From Octopus vulgaris (taxonomy: Eukaryota): 64,000 bases of DNA. The DNA lies in NCBI GenBank assembly GCA_951406725.2, contig OX597838.1, positions 25,978,001-26,042,000 on the forward strand, in the 5' to 3' direction. Shown in pieces: positions 1 to 14,300 of the stretch. Position numbers and translations under genes: made by a program. The notes under the pieces were generated by a model. That model searched no databases. It was not told the origin of the DNA and saw only the letters and a program-made list of their open reading frames with translations. Numbering within the stretch: position 1 is the stretch's first letter; each line of letters begins with the position of its first letter.

Positions 1-558
1 GAAAAGGGAGAGAGAACAGAACAGAAGGAGTAAAGGAGAGAGAGAGAGAGAGAATAGAAGAATTAAAGAGAGAGAAAAAAGAGTAAGAGGTGAGAGAGAG
101 GGAGGGAGGAGTACAGAAGGAGGAAAGCGGAGAGGAAAGAGAGCAGAGAAGTAAAGGGAGGGAAGTGAGTGTGCGTGTGCTTAAATAAATAAATAAATAA
201 ATAAATAAGTGGCTATTTTGATGATAGATCACCATGGAGATATATGACATCAACCTAGACCACTTCCTCATATCTGACCTTTCTAACATGCTGCATGGTA
301 TCCCCCCATATATAATGTATAGGAGAAGGAAAGGAAGTGAGGAAGAAGGGAGGGAGGGGAGAGAGAGAGAGAGAGAGAGAGAGAGGCTATAGAACAGCAG
401 CAGCGATGATTATGTTTAATCACTCGTACATCATGACACCAGAATGCCAATAAATGTATTCCTGTCTCTTGAGATGAAAAATCTTTTGGTTTACAAGTGG
501 TCTACAACACTATGGCATAGCAGTGTTACAGCAATGGAAATAAAGCAGTAAATAGATT

Positions 559-596
<38 letters not shown>

Positions 597-668
597 CTTC
601 CAGCTGAGCAATACCTTATAAGCGAAAATTTGGTAGCTAGAAACCAGAAAAGGTGTTGTGTATGTATG

Positions 669-710
<42 letters not shown>

Positions 711-2950
711 TAGATAGATAGATACACACACATATACATACATACATACACACATACATTCATACATACATACATACACACGTACATCTATATCTATAAG
801 CATGTGCACACTTGCAAAACTTGCAAAATCACAGCATAGTTGGAAATTGGAAAAGGTGTTATGTATGTATAAATATACACACACACACACACACACACAC
901 ATACCTATCTATCTATAAGTGCACACACTACTGCAAAACTTACAAGATCATAGAACAGACTAGTGGGTCACACTCGTGATTGGCAGCTAAACGTGTGATG
1001 TTTGACACACATTAAATGCAGAGAAAGAGGTATTGTAAAATTGTATGTATCCAATGAAACCTAGAAACAAGCTATAATTTCTGACATTTTAACAGGTGTG
1101 CACATAAAACAGTTGGCATAAGGTATTCCCACAGAGAGACAAGTGTCATTTACGAAGGTCAGCAATTGTGTTTGTATAATGTTACATATATAACCAAACA
1201 CACCAAATTGTTTAGCCATAGGTCATTCCTGACTAAGGTGGCCTATGATCAAAGGCATTCCAACCATGACTATTTAGTCTATCTAGGAACATTTGGGATT
1301 ACATTAATGTCCTTCCCATTTTGCTTTAAAGCAGAGCATGATTTCAGGGTGAGTTAACTGCTATTTCTAGCAAGCTGAGCAAGAGTTTCAAAGGTCCCCC
1401 TCGTTCTGTTGTTTGACTCAGTCTCCTATTTCATAACTGAAAAGTTAGAATTGAAGAAAACACAACAGTTGTTAATAGGGAGAGCATCCGTTGGGTTGTC
1501 AAAGTGCCAGTGAATCAACCAAGATGCGGATGAAAATGCTATCAGACATCTTGAGATGACCAACTTGGAGATTAGTGAGAAGTTGCCAACTTTAGGGTGT
1601 AAAGTAACCAAAGATTGCTTCACAAGAAACATACCCATAATCATCATCATTTAACGTCTGTCTCCATGCTTGCATGAGTTGGACAGTTTGACAAGGGGCT
1701 GGCTAGTCAGAGAGCTGTACCAGGCTCCATTTGTCCACCTTGACAAGGTTTCTACAGCTGGATGCCCTTCCTAATGCCAGCCACTTTACAGAGTGTACTG
1801 GGTGCTTTTCAATTGGCACCAGCACAGGTGCTTTTTACGTGGCACCAATACCAGCAGGGTCAGCAAGAAATATGGTCCACAGTCATAGGTTTCAGAGCTC
1901 AAGCCAAAAACACTGCACCTTAAGCAACTATCCTCCATCACAGTGTTCGGTTGACTTGACCCTTAAGCGAAACAGAAGGGACAGAAATTATGAAGAAGCC
2001 CATCTGAAAGTTTGGACGTACTTAAGTGACTAACTTAACCCAGGGTTTCTCATAGGGGTTGCAGTGGTTGGGTGAGGAGGAATGCTCTCCTTGGTAATGC
2101 CTGTGAGGAGTTCTGAGTGTATTTTGCTTTTGGAAAAATACACAGGCATGGCCTTACTTGGAAACAGATGAGGGTTAGCAGCCTTAGATAAAGGCTGTCT
2201 GATCCATGCAAGCATGGACAATTGTTAAATGCTGATGATGTACAGGAGAGAGACTATGGCCCACTCACCAAGCTAAAATTTCGAATCCTGTGACTAAACA
2301 CTTTCTTCGAGTGAGAAATTAAAATGTTATCATTGCCATTATTTTCTTAATGGAATGTAAATAACCAAGATGCCGCCAAGAAGTTGGAAATACACGAAGT
2401 CAAAAGAATTCTTGCAGGAGGAGAGAGAGAGAAAAAAAAAATGAAATAGAGAAAAAGAACAACTTTATATAAAATGGTTCTTCAAAAGCAGATGCTAGGT
2501 ATTATCTTGAAAGATTTTAAGATTGCATGGCATATACTTAAGTTAATTGGCCAAATCTTGGCATTTGATGCACTTCAGAAACTGTACTGTCAAAATATCA
2601 GGTGCTCAACAAAATAGCAAAATGTAAGGGGGGGGGGGGGGAACCTATGATGTTCCTTCTCCTAGGAAGGACCAAATTGCCTAAATAACCGAATTGCCAG
2701 AATAGATTCATAGAAGTTTTTAGTATATTGCGGTCAGAAAAATAGTGGCAAGTGTATAGTGTTTTTCAGCTTTGTTCATAGTTCAAATCCTACTAATCTC
2801 AATTTGTTTTTTGCTTTTCTGAGGTTGGTGAACTTAAGTACCATGGTTAACATAATCAACAATGCCTTAGAACAGTGGTTTCTAACGTAGCATTACAGGT
2901 ATAAAAAAATTTTTTAAATCCAGAAAAGAAAAAAGGAAATATTAGGGTTC

Positions 2951-3110
2951 AAGCATGGTTGTGTGGAAAGAAAGTTTGCTTCCCAATCACATAGTTCCAG
3001 GTTCAGTCCCACTATGTGGTAGCACCTTAGGCAAGTGCCTTCTACAATAGCCTCAGAATGACCAAAGCCTTGTGAGTGGAATTGGTAGACGGAAACTGAA
3101 AGAAGCCCAT

Positions 3111-3155
<45 letters not shown>

Positions 3156-3345
3156 TCTGTTTGCCAGCACCATTGCTTGCCAACCAGTGTTGGTGTGTTT
3201 ATATCCCCTGTTACTTAACAATTCAAGAAAAGAGGCCAATAGAATAAGTATCAGACTTTTAAATCAAAAAAGCACTGGGGTCAATTCTTATGACTAAAAT
3301 TCTTCAAGATGGTGCACCAGCATGGCTGCAATAGCCATCTAACTA
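2951..3345 (+). mobile_element. OR-like SINE (other copies ~60930-61080 +, 61725-62100 -, 63085-63525 +, 63850-64000 -, 24380-24500 -)
   Basis: Colinear with 62670-63080, including the internal (TG)n. Confidence 0.8.
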
Positions 3346-5427
3346 TATTCCACGAGATATTATGTCTGAGACCCTCACTGAGATTTGGTCCCAAACAGGC
3401 ACATGACCAAACCCTTAATAACAAGCTTATGACCAAAAACATAGGACCAAACATGTGCCATGCAGATAGACTAAACTTAAAACCAGATGGTTGCAAAGCA
3501 AACTTCTTAACCATATGACCAATTGTTGTCTTTGCTGACATAAATCTTAAACAATGGAATTGAAATTCCACTGACAAACTACAACTCCAGCATGGTCTGT
3601 CTTTAGTTCCGACAAACAAAATGTACCATATTTGAAATGTTGGCCTTAGAAATCCGTCTATACATGATCCAGTTCATCAGATAGATTATACCCAGCATAG
3701 CCTGGTTTTAGCTTTGTGTGTTTGTTCTTTAGTTATAAGGCAAAACATAAGGATGAAACCCCTAAATAACAGATCCATGATCAAATGTAAGGGGATTAAT
3801 CCCCTAAATGTAAAGAGAAACCTATGATCATACATTTAGGTGACCAAACTCCAAAATGTAACAAACTTTTGATCATATATTTTAGGGAATGAAAACCTCT
3901 AAATGTAAAATCAGACCTATCTATGATTAAGCATATTAGGGTACCAAACACTCGAATGTAAAAGATACAAGCAAACACAGCGGACAGAAGTTTTAAGGCA
4001 AAAATAGCCAAAAGCAACATTTCCTGACAAGGGAAAAGAAATATTTTTAACATCAACTCTGATGCCATCTTCAAATTACAATCCCAAAATCTTGAGTGGA
4101 GGTAGGGTGAGCAGGAAAAAAAAAAAGGTCACATTGGATGATGAGGTCCTAGATGTACAATGTTTTAATAAAAGATAGGAGTGTCACAGCTCAAACACCT
4201 TTGATTAATGAGTCTACCTGCTGGAATAAAGGACAAGGAAGGGGTCACAACAAAGGCATCTATGTCACCTCTAGTTTTCTTTGTTTCATTTATATTGTTT
4301 ATCAAGGTTATTCGCAAGGATGTAAGAGAACAGGTCTACAAATTTAGACATTGACAGGGGAGCTGGGATTGATTGCCCTTCTCTTTTGTCCTTCACCACC
4401 TCCCTAACACAAACCACTCAACTAAAATTATGATGACTATGATGATGGGACATAATTATCTATCCCATCATATGAAATTGCTTCTGGAATTAGTTTGAGC
4501 TATCAATAGAGAATCCACCCACACACCACCCGTCCCTGAGTATTCAAGATGCCATGATGCCACCTACCAAACAAAAAAAGAAAGAAAAATAAAAGGGTTA
4601 TTTTTACTCTTGTGTTTCTTTCCCCACCTGAGATGAAATGATATTCTTGCAAAAAAAAAAAAAAAAAAAAGACCAAAAAAAAAAAACAAGAAACCCCATA
4701 TCTCCTCAACCTTCTTAGAAAAAGAAAAAAAATTACCAAGATGCTGTCAGTAGAACTAAGACTAATATATCATTAGCTCAGTGAACATAAATGGCTTTGA
4801 TCACAGTTTTGTCATTTAACCTCAGCTCAGCTGCACTTCAGTCACAGTTTCCCTACCACCACCCCGCTTAACCTCAACCCCCACCCCACCCTCATCTCAC
4901 AGGTATCATGTCTATGTAAGATACCAAGATATCATCATATTTAAAATGTCAAAACTGCACCACCACAACCACTTCCACAAATTCTGTTTCTCTAAGATTT
5001 TCTTTCTTTATAACTGCACACACCGACTTATTAGTTTGGGCCTGAGCCAAAACAGCTAGTATAGAATACTTCAGCAGCATACTAGTCTGAGCAGTGACTT
5101 TTATGGCTAGCTACCTAACTAACTAGCAAGTGAGCTATCTATCTGCCTACCTTTACCAGCAATACCTCCACCTAAGTGTTAAACATACCATTAATACCAC
5201 CAGAAAATAAAGAAAACAAAAAAAAAACCAACAAACAAACAAAAAGAAAAAAACAGTTCTAGTGCATTAATACTGATTTAGTACACCAATACTCAATATC
5301 CAATGATTGAATTATAATTTACTTCACTAATCAATATGGTACATGAATGAGGTCCCATTAAAGAACTGTCAATGCACTTGACCAACTTGTTAGAAACCGC
5401 AGTCAAACAGGCCAACTATTGTCTTAA

Positions 5428-5647
5428 CCCATTAGCATTTAAACTAGCCATATCCGGCCAAAATATTCCCTCCGTTTTATGTTGAAACTAACCAGATCTG
5501 GCCTCTCACACCTACCCTAAAAGTTCATTCTAAAAGTATACAATTGTATCATCGAAATCTCAAAGCTACAAGATAATACACAATTAATTCAAAACAGTGT
5601 GGATAAATAAGCATTACATTTGACAGAGTAATCTGAACGCTAAAGGG
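5428..5647. mobile_element. piggyBac-type MITE
   Basis: TTAA|CCCattagcattt ... aacgctaaaGGG|TTAA; TTAA target duplication and CCC/GGG termini. Confidence 0.8.
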
Positions 5648-7072
5648 TTAAAAACAAACTGAATACCATAATACCAATGTACAAGAGATTAAGAGATTAA
5701 CAAAGGGGAGATGATCACAACTCAGATGTCTGTTTGCCAGAACTGACCCAAAACTAAACAATAATGTTCTATCCTGCATGAGAAAATGAAAGAGCTAGTC
5801 CCAACCCCCAACTTCAGTTTTTTTTCTTTATATTTTTAGTATTCTTGTATTTCATACAATAAATATTACGATTCCATATTTTTTGCACCCATTAAGGTAG
5901 GGACATCTATTCTGAAACTTTAATTTCTTTTTCTCAAATGTCATTACAAAGAACAACTCTGAATTAAGATAATGTGCTCAATAGAAACTGATGGGTCACG
6001 TTTCAAATACTGCCCAGACCCGATACTTCAATTAATAATTATTCAAGATGCTATACATATGCCCTGAGCCAAGCAAACCCAGAATAGCCTACAAGACCCA
6101 CAGCCACTTGACCAGCTAGAAATACCATTCAAATCTCTCATCTCCTTCAAATCCCATGCTTTTTCATAAAAAGGGTACCAGATAATATAGTTCTTAGATT
6201 AAAGATATTTGAATAAAACCTGGGGTGGTCAACATATTACAAAAACTAAGAATGGTTTGCAGAAACAAGGATAAGCAAGGGATAAACAATAGCACATGGC
6301 TCTTGGATGACTTTAGCAGAATCTACCATTTCAACAATTCAGTCTAGATCTGAATCTTCTGATAATCAACCAGTCTTAGAGACCCTATCCTTCTTCCTCT
6401 CCTTAAGCCATAAACAAGAGTGAATATATAACTTTCCCTGGCTACCACACCATGCCTCCCAGATCCAGCATATCTTACTTTTTATGTGTTTCAGTCATTA
6501 GACTATGGCCATGCTGGGGCATTGCCTTGATAATGGTTGCAACTAGACTGCTACTGAGATAAGAGGAGGTGACAAGCAACAGGCTGTTCCTCAAGGTTTC
6601 GTTGGTAATCTCAGTCTCACAGACCAGCAATGAGCTGGACCAAACTTTCGCTGTTCAACAAAAACCATCTTACTCAGATTTATATAATACTGCCACATAC
6701 TTTTGCCACTGTCCCCATGCCATCCCAGAGGTTAAATCCACAAGGCTATTCAACCACAACAGACCTTTCTCCTGAACCAGCACAGGTAAGAAACAACAGC
6801 ATATAAACATTACAAACACACACACACACAGATACTTCAAGGGGGCATACTGGAAGAGATAAAAGCCATTAACGAAAGAGAAAATTTAAGTCCAAAGATA
6901 AGGTCTCTGAGCAAGAATTGAACCTGTGATGATACTAACTTGAATCAATACAAGCTCTGGTAAATGCAAGTTAATCATACACACATATACACCTTAGATG
7001 ATATTTAATACAGATGTAGGATTAATCACTTAGGAATTAACTATATAAATTGTGTAAACTGTGAGGGATATA

Positions 7073-7141
<69 letters not shown>

Positions 7142-9558
7142 GTGTATGTAGCCATGCATGGATATGTTCATATATATGTAAGCTTATCTCTGTATGTACG
7201 TTAGAAGCAATCAACCTCAGTGTACATAAGAGATTCATCATTGGGAAAGAATGTAAAATGGTTGGCAATAGAGTGGTGTTGTAAGCAGCATCTAGAATAG
7301 CAAGAATATGTTCTATGTAACAAGAGAATGTAGCACTTGAGTTATCATCTTACACCATCTTTCAGAGCAGAGAAACACATCAAGAGGCCCCCCCACTGCC
7401 ACCACACACACACACACATTACCCATACAAGTATATCCATCCATCCACACACACATGCACACATACACCAGCTGCTGACTCCCGTGCAAAGGAATACAAA
7501 CAGCCAGCAGTTCTTTCATACCAGATCTTTTACACATATACACATTATTTATACACATACACACACATTATATGCCTATATACATATACAAAGACATACA
7601 TAGACATTCATACAGAGCTGTCTAAAAGAGTGTGCCCATGCAGCACACACAAATAAAGAGAAAGAAGAGGGGAAAAGGAGATAAAGAGAAGACAAAATTT
7701 CAATGATTATAATTATGTAATTAATAACATTTCAGTAATTGTGGTTTTATATTTTTAAAACAAATTAAGAAATAAAGATAAAATTTACATCTTGTTTTGG
7801 TTTGCACTGGATTTTTGTTCTTATTTTCAAGCTGCTCTCTCTCTCTCTCTCTCTCTTACACACACACATACACACATACACATGCTATGAAGGTCAGAAG
7901 TAGCATGGATTCAAAGGTCGCTAAGATAGCAATGAGACCGAAGGGTTAAAAAAAAAGAAAGAAAAAAGGTAATCGAAGGGCTGTAAACGTGCAAACTTTT
8001 GATCAGATTGCAACAGAGCAATTGATTCTGCAAGTGAAAATGACTGCCATATGATACATCTTGGTGTTTAGCTTCATGTCAGGAACTGATCAAACAGATT
8101 TGTAATCAAAGGCATTCCAACCATGGCCAGCTTGTCTTTCCCCTAATTTATCTAGGACTAAATTATCTAACATCTCCTTCCCTGTTGTTATTTATTTAAT
8201 CTCAGGTCAGCACTGATCCAACCAGCCTGTTATTGCAAACACATTGCAACCATGACCACCTTATCTTTGCCAGGTACAGTGAGCCCTGTAGTGAGTTCAA
8301 TTCTCAGACTAGGTTGTGTGTTGAGCATGACAATTTTATTTCACATTGCTCCAGTTCACTCAGCTGTAGAAATGAGTTGTGACATCAGTGGTGCCAAGCT
8401 GTGTTGGTCTTTGCCTCTCTCATGGATAACATTGGTGGCACGGAGAGGGGAGACTGGTATGCAAGGGAGACTGCTGGTCTTCCATAAACAACCTTACCAG
8501 GACTTGTGCCTCAGACGGGGGAACTTTCTAGGTGAAATCCCATGGTCATTCATGAGCCCTGCCCAATGTATGTATATATATATACACACATTTGATGAGA
8601 AAGGATTGGAAATATGTGAATGAAACGGGTTTTATTTTTCTTAATATACAAGGTAAATATTTCTGTATAGACATATAAACATATTTACCTCCTATGTTAA
8701 AAAATAGGGCTTTTTATTTAAACACAAATTTAATGCATTTTCAACCCTTTTTCAATATATATATATATATACACATTAATCTGATGGTTTACTTGATAGT
8801 TTCGTAGAGTACAAATTTATTCTTAAACACAAAATTTGACAGTGACTCTGAAGTTTTAGCCAGTTGAGTAATCATCAGATCTCCCATTATATATATATAT
8901 ATATATATATAAAGCTTGTTGTTTGCAGATGATTTTGCAGCTATTTCTAGCAGATTGTGAGACTTCATGCATAGAGTCTCTCTCTTAGTCTTGTCACATC
9001 TTCATGTTGATGTCTTCACACCACCTACCCCAACCACAGAAATCTGACTATGGACGCAAACATTCTAGACTTCTGATTTTATTATTCTTTTGAAAATTAG
9101 AAAATAGAGACACAGAAGAAACTATTTTTTCTTTTTACTCCTTTGAGAAAGGGGCACTACCCACAACCCCTCTTTTTTGTCAGGGCCTCCCTGTGATCTT
9201 CACAAAAAAAAAAAAGACTCAAAGAATTGCCAAGGGGTGGCACTAAACTGAGTAACATTACTTGTGGGGTCATTAACTTGCAAGGCATGACCCCTTCACA
9301 GAGTGAAGCATTAAGGGAGGTGGCTCTGTATCAGGAGCAGAGAGGCTGAAGAAAACGGGATAGGAACAGGTGTCTTGCTGTAGGGGAGATGCATGAGCAG
9401 CCCAAAAGAAAATAGAGAAAGGAGAGTGATGACATACCAGAGCATGGCCTCAAGGTACAAGGTGGACAAAGAAAGAATAAGGGCAAAGCATGTATGTGCA
9501 CACACACACATTTCAGTGAAGATGGAATGAAAGAGAGGGAAAAAGAAAAGATACTTAC

Positions 9559-9641
9559 GAAGGAGATGCAAGCAGCTAGCAACAGAATTTTTACTAGCAA
9601 GTCATCAAATTGCTCCAAAATGAGTTCCCAAAGAGGTTTAC
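9559..9641 (-). CDS. SERCA: SERCA coding exon 3 ([28 protein letters not shown], start of TM1)
   Basis: Acceptor tctttcttttaatccaatag|GT, donor TTC|gtaagt; 83 nt. Peptide is the highly conserved [22 protein letters not shown]. Confidence 0.96.
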
Positions 9642-9732
9642 CTATTGGATTAAAAGAAAGAGAAAATATGATTAAAATTTTAAAAACCAGCAATAACAAA
9701 AATAAAAAAATACAAAATAATATTTTCGATGG

Positions 9733-9849
9733 TCTTCTCTTGTCTTGAGACAGCATTCAGCCGGGGTGGGTTGAGCTGGCTTCATTCATCTTCAATGCTG
9801 CATCTCTCACAAATGCTGACCAGACCTGGCCGGGATACCCTGCTCACCC
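9733..9849 (-). mobile_element. 5'-truncated non-LTR retrotransposon 3' end (RTE-like)
   Basis: 13-bp TSD atattttcgatgg at 9720-9732 and 9850-9862. Minus strand ends gccagctcaacccaccccggctgaatgctgtctcaagacaagagaaga, a short-repeat tail typical of RTE-type LINEs. Confidence 0.65.
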
Positions 9850-10369
9850 ATATTTTCGATGGGTGAGCAGGGTATCCCAATGGTATATGCAAGTCCTTAT
9901 TTTCTTTACTATTTCAATATTTTATCTGACATGCAGATAAAAAAAAAAGCACTATCATCATCATCATCATCACAACGAAGAAGCCATTATGCTGTGATGT
10001 AATGACAGAAATAAAACAAGTCCATTGAAGCAGCAATATATAACTATATTTCTAAACATCTCAAGTTCAAATTACACCAAAGCTTACACTTATCAGCCCT
10101 CCTGGGTCAATAAGATAGTGAAGTACTAAACAGAGTGAGGAGAGGGCTTGGATTTTTACTTTAGTCAACTGTACCCTCACACCACACCAAAGCTCTGGCC
10201 TAAGGCAGAAACCATTAAGTATTTTCATCGTTAACAGGGTAACGAGTAAAATTGAAAGTTGGGGCATTGGATGAGCTGTCTCGAAGTATACAGTGACGGT
10301 TCTAAGTTCCGAGTTCAATCCTCGTTGAGGAAAATAAAGTACCAGTCAGGTACTTTAGGGTCCTACTTA

Positions 10370-10698
10370 TTAGGGTTTTCCACTGTTTGTTTGTTTGTGC
10401 GGGGACAAGGTATCTCAAGAACTGCTGGATGGATTTGGTTGAAACTTTCCGAGATGTTTGATCTCGTAACTGGTAAAAACTTATTAGATTTGGGGATCGA
10501 TCTGGTATTGGACAATTCTGAATTGCATTTCCTTTTCTTTTTTTTTTTTAACTTAATTTTTGAGAGTGGCCAGGTTCATTTTTAGTATTCTCATTTGTAA
10601 GAGCAGTCGAGTATTTCAGATATTCTCATTTTATAAAATCATCTCTGGCTAATCATTGAGAGGATGTTGGTGTTGCTTTGGTAGAGGTTTGTGCTCTT
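10370..10698 (+). mobile_element. Helentron/HINE-like non-autonomous element
   Basis: ctgtttgtttgtttgt microsatellite, tatctcaagaactgctggatggatttggttgaaactt core and ctttggtagaggtttgtgctct end resemble DINE/HINE-type elements; it interrupts SINE sequence. Confidence 0.5.
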
Positions 10699-10714
10699 AT
10701 CATTATTATTATTA

Positions 10715-12200
10715 TTAAGGTGATGAGCTGGAAAAATTGTTAGCACATTGGACAAAATGCTTAGTGGTATTTTACTCATTGCTATATTCTGAGTTCAAAT
10801 TCTGCTGAGGTCAGTAAATTAAGTACCCGTGAAACACTGGGGGTTTCAATGTAATTGACTAGTCCCCTCCTGCCAAATTTCAAACCATGTGCCTTTAATA
10901 GAAAGGATTATTATTATCATTATTAAGGCAGCAAGCTGGCAGAATTGTTAGTGCAGCAAACAAAATGCTTAGTGGCATTTCTTCCAGTTTTTCACTAGAG
11001 TTCTAATTCCACCCATGGTTGGCTCTTCCTTTCACCCTTTCAGGGTTGATAAAATAATCGTAGTGAGTTGTTATTAAGAGAACCCAGTATTTAGCTTGGA
11101 CCCCATTCTCTATTCCTTGAGTTCAAAACCCCATTAGAATGGTTTTAATCTTTGAGCCCTCGAGAGTACAGGTGAGTGTCATAAAATAGTAATAATATAG
11201 CAAAGATTGGTTCCACTGACTATACCAAACTCCATAGTCTTTGGATTAGCAATACAGGTTGAGAGCTGGATAAAATGCCACACTGGATTTTAGTTACAAG
11301 TCTTTACATTCCGAGTTCAAATTGCACCAGAGTCAACTTTGCTTTTCATTCTTCCAGTTCCAATAAAAGAATTGTTTGTGTTTAGTCATCTCACAGGTTG
11401 TCTCATTCAGTAGAACTAGGATTGAAAACAATTCATCCTTTGGGGGTTGATAAATTAAGTACCAATGAAACACTGGGGGTTGATGTAATCGACTGGCTCC
11501 CCTCCCCTAAAATTTCAAGCCTTGTACCTTTAGTAGAAAGGATTATTGTTTTGCAGGTAGTGTGTGAGCTGGCAGAATCATTAGCATACTGGACAAAATA
11601 TATACATAGGGTAATTTGTCAGTCTTTTATGTTCCAAATACAAATTCCTCTGCAGCCAACTTTACCTCCCATCCTCTTGCAGTCGATGAAATAAGCCTCA
11701 GTTGCACATTAGGAGTTTTGTAATTGACTTATCCCTTCCCCACCAAATTTCAGGCCTTGTGCCTACAGTAGATAGGAAAATAGAAGGCATTATTTAAGGC
11801 AGCAAGCTGACAGAATCCTTTCTACTGGAAGCACAAAACCTCAAATTTGGGGGAAGCCAATTACATCGACCTCAGTGCGTAACTGGTACTCATTTAATCG
11901 ACCCCCAAAAGGACGGAAAGCAAAGCCGACCTCGGCAGAATTTGAACTCAGAATGTAATGATGGGCAAAATACAGCCAAGCATTTCATCCATCACGCTAA
12001 CAAATCTGCTGGCTCACAGCCTTAAGCAAGCTGACAGAATCTGCTAGCATGCTGGACAAAATGCTGCTAAGCATTTTGAGCTCCAATTCCACCAAGGTCA
12101 ACCTTGCCTTTTTTCCTTTAGGGTTGATAAAATAAATACTAGTTGAGCACTGGGGTCAATGTAATCCCCCAAATTTCAAGCCTTGTCCCTATAAAAGAAT
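10715..12200 (+). mobile_element. Cluster of several copies of the same SINE family, one inverted (11818-12024)
   Basis: Repeated gagctggcagaat..ttagc heads and ggggttgataaa cores. The inverted copy is flanked by TSD agcaagctgacagaatc (11801-11817, 12025-12041). Confidence 0.8.
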
Positions 12201-14243
12201 TCTTTGCAAGACATTGCTAGATAACGCATTCATTGATATACTGTTTTTAATTTTTTGTAAGATGCTGAGAGTGATTTGAGGGAGGTTAGGCAGTTATTTC
12301 TTGCAGGTTGAATGACCTAATGTAGCCTCCTTGTTGATTCGGTAAATACCAGAGAAATACTGATGACATTGTGTACACATCTCAGCCAACCTTCAAACTC
12401 GGTAACCTTGCATTCAAGACAGAAATGCTGCCTGTCTGGGTCATCAATACACTTCAACTGAATTGCGGGCGATGACGTCCAGAAATTCCCCCCGTCCAAT
12501 ATTTCACATGGTTAAAGTTACCCCATCTCATTATCATCCCTCCCACTTCTTTTAATAATTGCTAGAATATGAAGTCAGGCAAACATTAGGAGTGGAGTTG
12601 AATCAAACCATATCAAACAACCATCTAAAAGATATTAATATATGATACTAATAATACTTAAATATTTTTAAATGCCACAGGATACATTTATTCATTTGGC
12701 CTTTTTCTTCTTTTTTTTTATTCCATTTCATTATGAATGAGAGGAGAGAGAGTGAGAGAGGGGGGGATATAATAAGAGAAGGAAAAGGAAAGCCACTGTT
12801 AGCGTAGGAACGCTAGTAATACTGACATTTCTGCTTGACTTCTTGCAAGAGATCAACTTCTATGAACCGGAAGAATGAAACAGCAATACAATAAAGACAG
12901 TGACATTTGACCAATGTTATCACTGTTGCTGACCATAAAGACGAGCCGATGAAGGAAGCCAAAACATAGTCCCGCGACCTGCTAGAAATAACAGCCAAAC
13001 CACCTTTAAATCATGACTTACTATCTTGAAAATAAACATATGCTGGAGAGGTGTAGTTGTTGTATATTCAAAAATGACAGGATGGTCACAGCAGGACTGC
13101 TTTTTGATCATAGGCCTGCTTGATCAGAGTTGACTTTGGGCAAAACAACAGCAGCATATAAAGTAACTGTGTACAAAATTAAATACTGAAATGTTTAGGA
13201 ACCACTACATCATCGACTGACTGACCCAATAGATAAAATAAACAAATAAAAATTACCCCATCCTTGGTCACCAAGTTCCTGTGCTAATCCAATAATCTGG
13301 TGGATCATGGTGCTAGTGGAGGATGACTACTTGTAGTGCTGGCAGACTAAGCATTAACCCTATTAAAGGCACCAACCAGCTCCAGACCACTGACCCTGGT
13401 TCTAACATCTGACTTCCCCACATTTTAAAGGATCACCTCATCATCACTTATAAAATTTTTCATCTCTACGCCCCACCACCCTCTCTTCTAAAATGAGAAC
13501 AGTTATGTCACTCTTCTACAGCAGGAAATCTGTTCTGCTCTGGCCCTTTTCCACACAATTTACTATTCTCCACTCCTTATTCTCCTACTTCAAAGTTCTC
13601 CCTCTCCACTCAAAGTTCATAGTCTTGCAAGCTGCATGGTGATTGCATTAATGCTGGGGTCATGGAAAAAGTACCCAGTACACACTGTACAGGGGTTAGG
13701 ATAAGGAAGGGCATTGAATTGTAAAAAACATGTCAAACAGACACGGGAGCATGATGCAGCCCTTGAGCCTATTGGACTCTGCCAAAAACCAACTGGTCCA
13801 TGCCAAGATGGAACATGGGCATTAAAAGATGATGATGAAGACTGACAATAAAATTTATCAAATCTATGTATGGCCTTCTTGTTCAGTTATATTAAAATAC
13901 AAGTTAGACCCTTTCAATCTGGTACTGCATGGCCTAGTATGTTTTGAACCTGCAGTCATTTGTTTTAGACTAAACTGATCATAAGACTACGATTTCAATT
14001 CTTAGACCACCCGGACTCATTTTACATAAATCTGGTCCGCTCAGCCACAAATTTGTTGCAGTAATCACTGGGAAGTTAACACTGCAATGGACTGGCACCC
14101 CGTCCAGGGGATTGTTGTAATCTGTCACATTCTACAGAAACCAGGTTAAACTCCTACCTTATGAGTCCTGGAGCTCATGACACGGTATGTATGCTATAAT
14201 GGAAGCATTTAGTTGTATTAAACTTTGTTTTAGGTTTGCTAAA

Positions 14244-14299
<56 letters not shown>

Positions 14300-14300
<1 letters not shown>

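Larger units (their letters stand above)
1..9558 (-). other. SERCA: SERCA intron 3 (partial, runs off window)
   Basis: Begins at the GTAAGT donor. I could not find the next exon (VLA.FE....AFVEPFVILLIL.ANA.VGVWQ) in 1-9558. Confidence 0.8.

Noticed and set aside
1-9558. SERCA exon 4
   Set aside because: No matching VEPFVILLIL/VGVWQ coding sequence found by eye; presumably beyond the window.
9331-9756. 141-aa ORF as a standalone membrane protein
   Set aside because: Only 9641-9559 is coding (SERCA exon 3); the rest is intron read-through.
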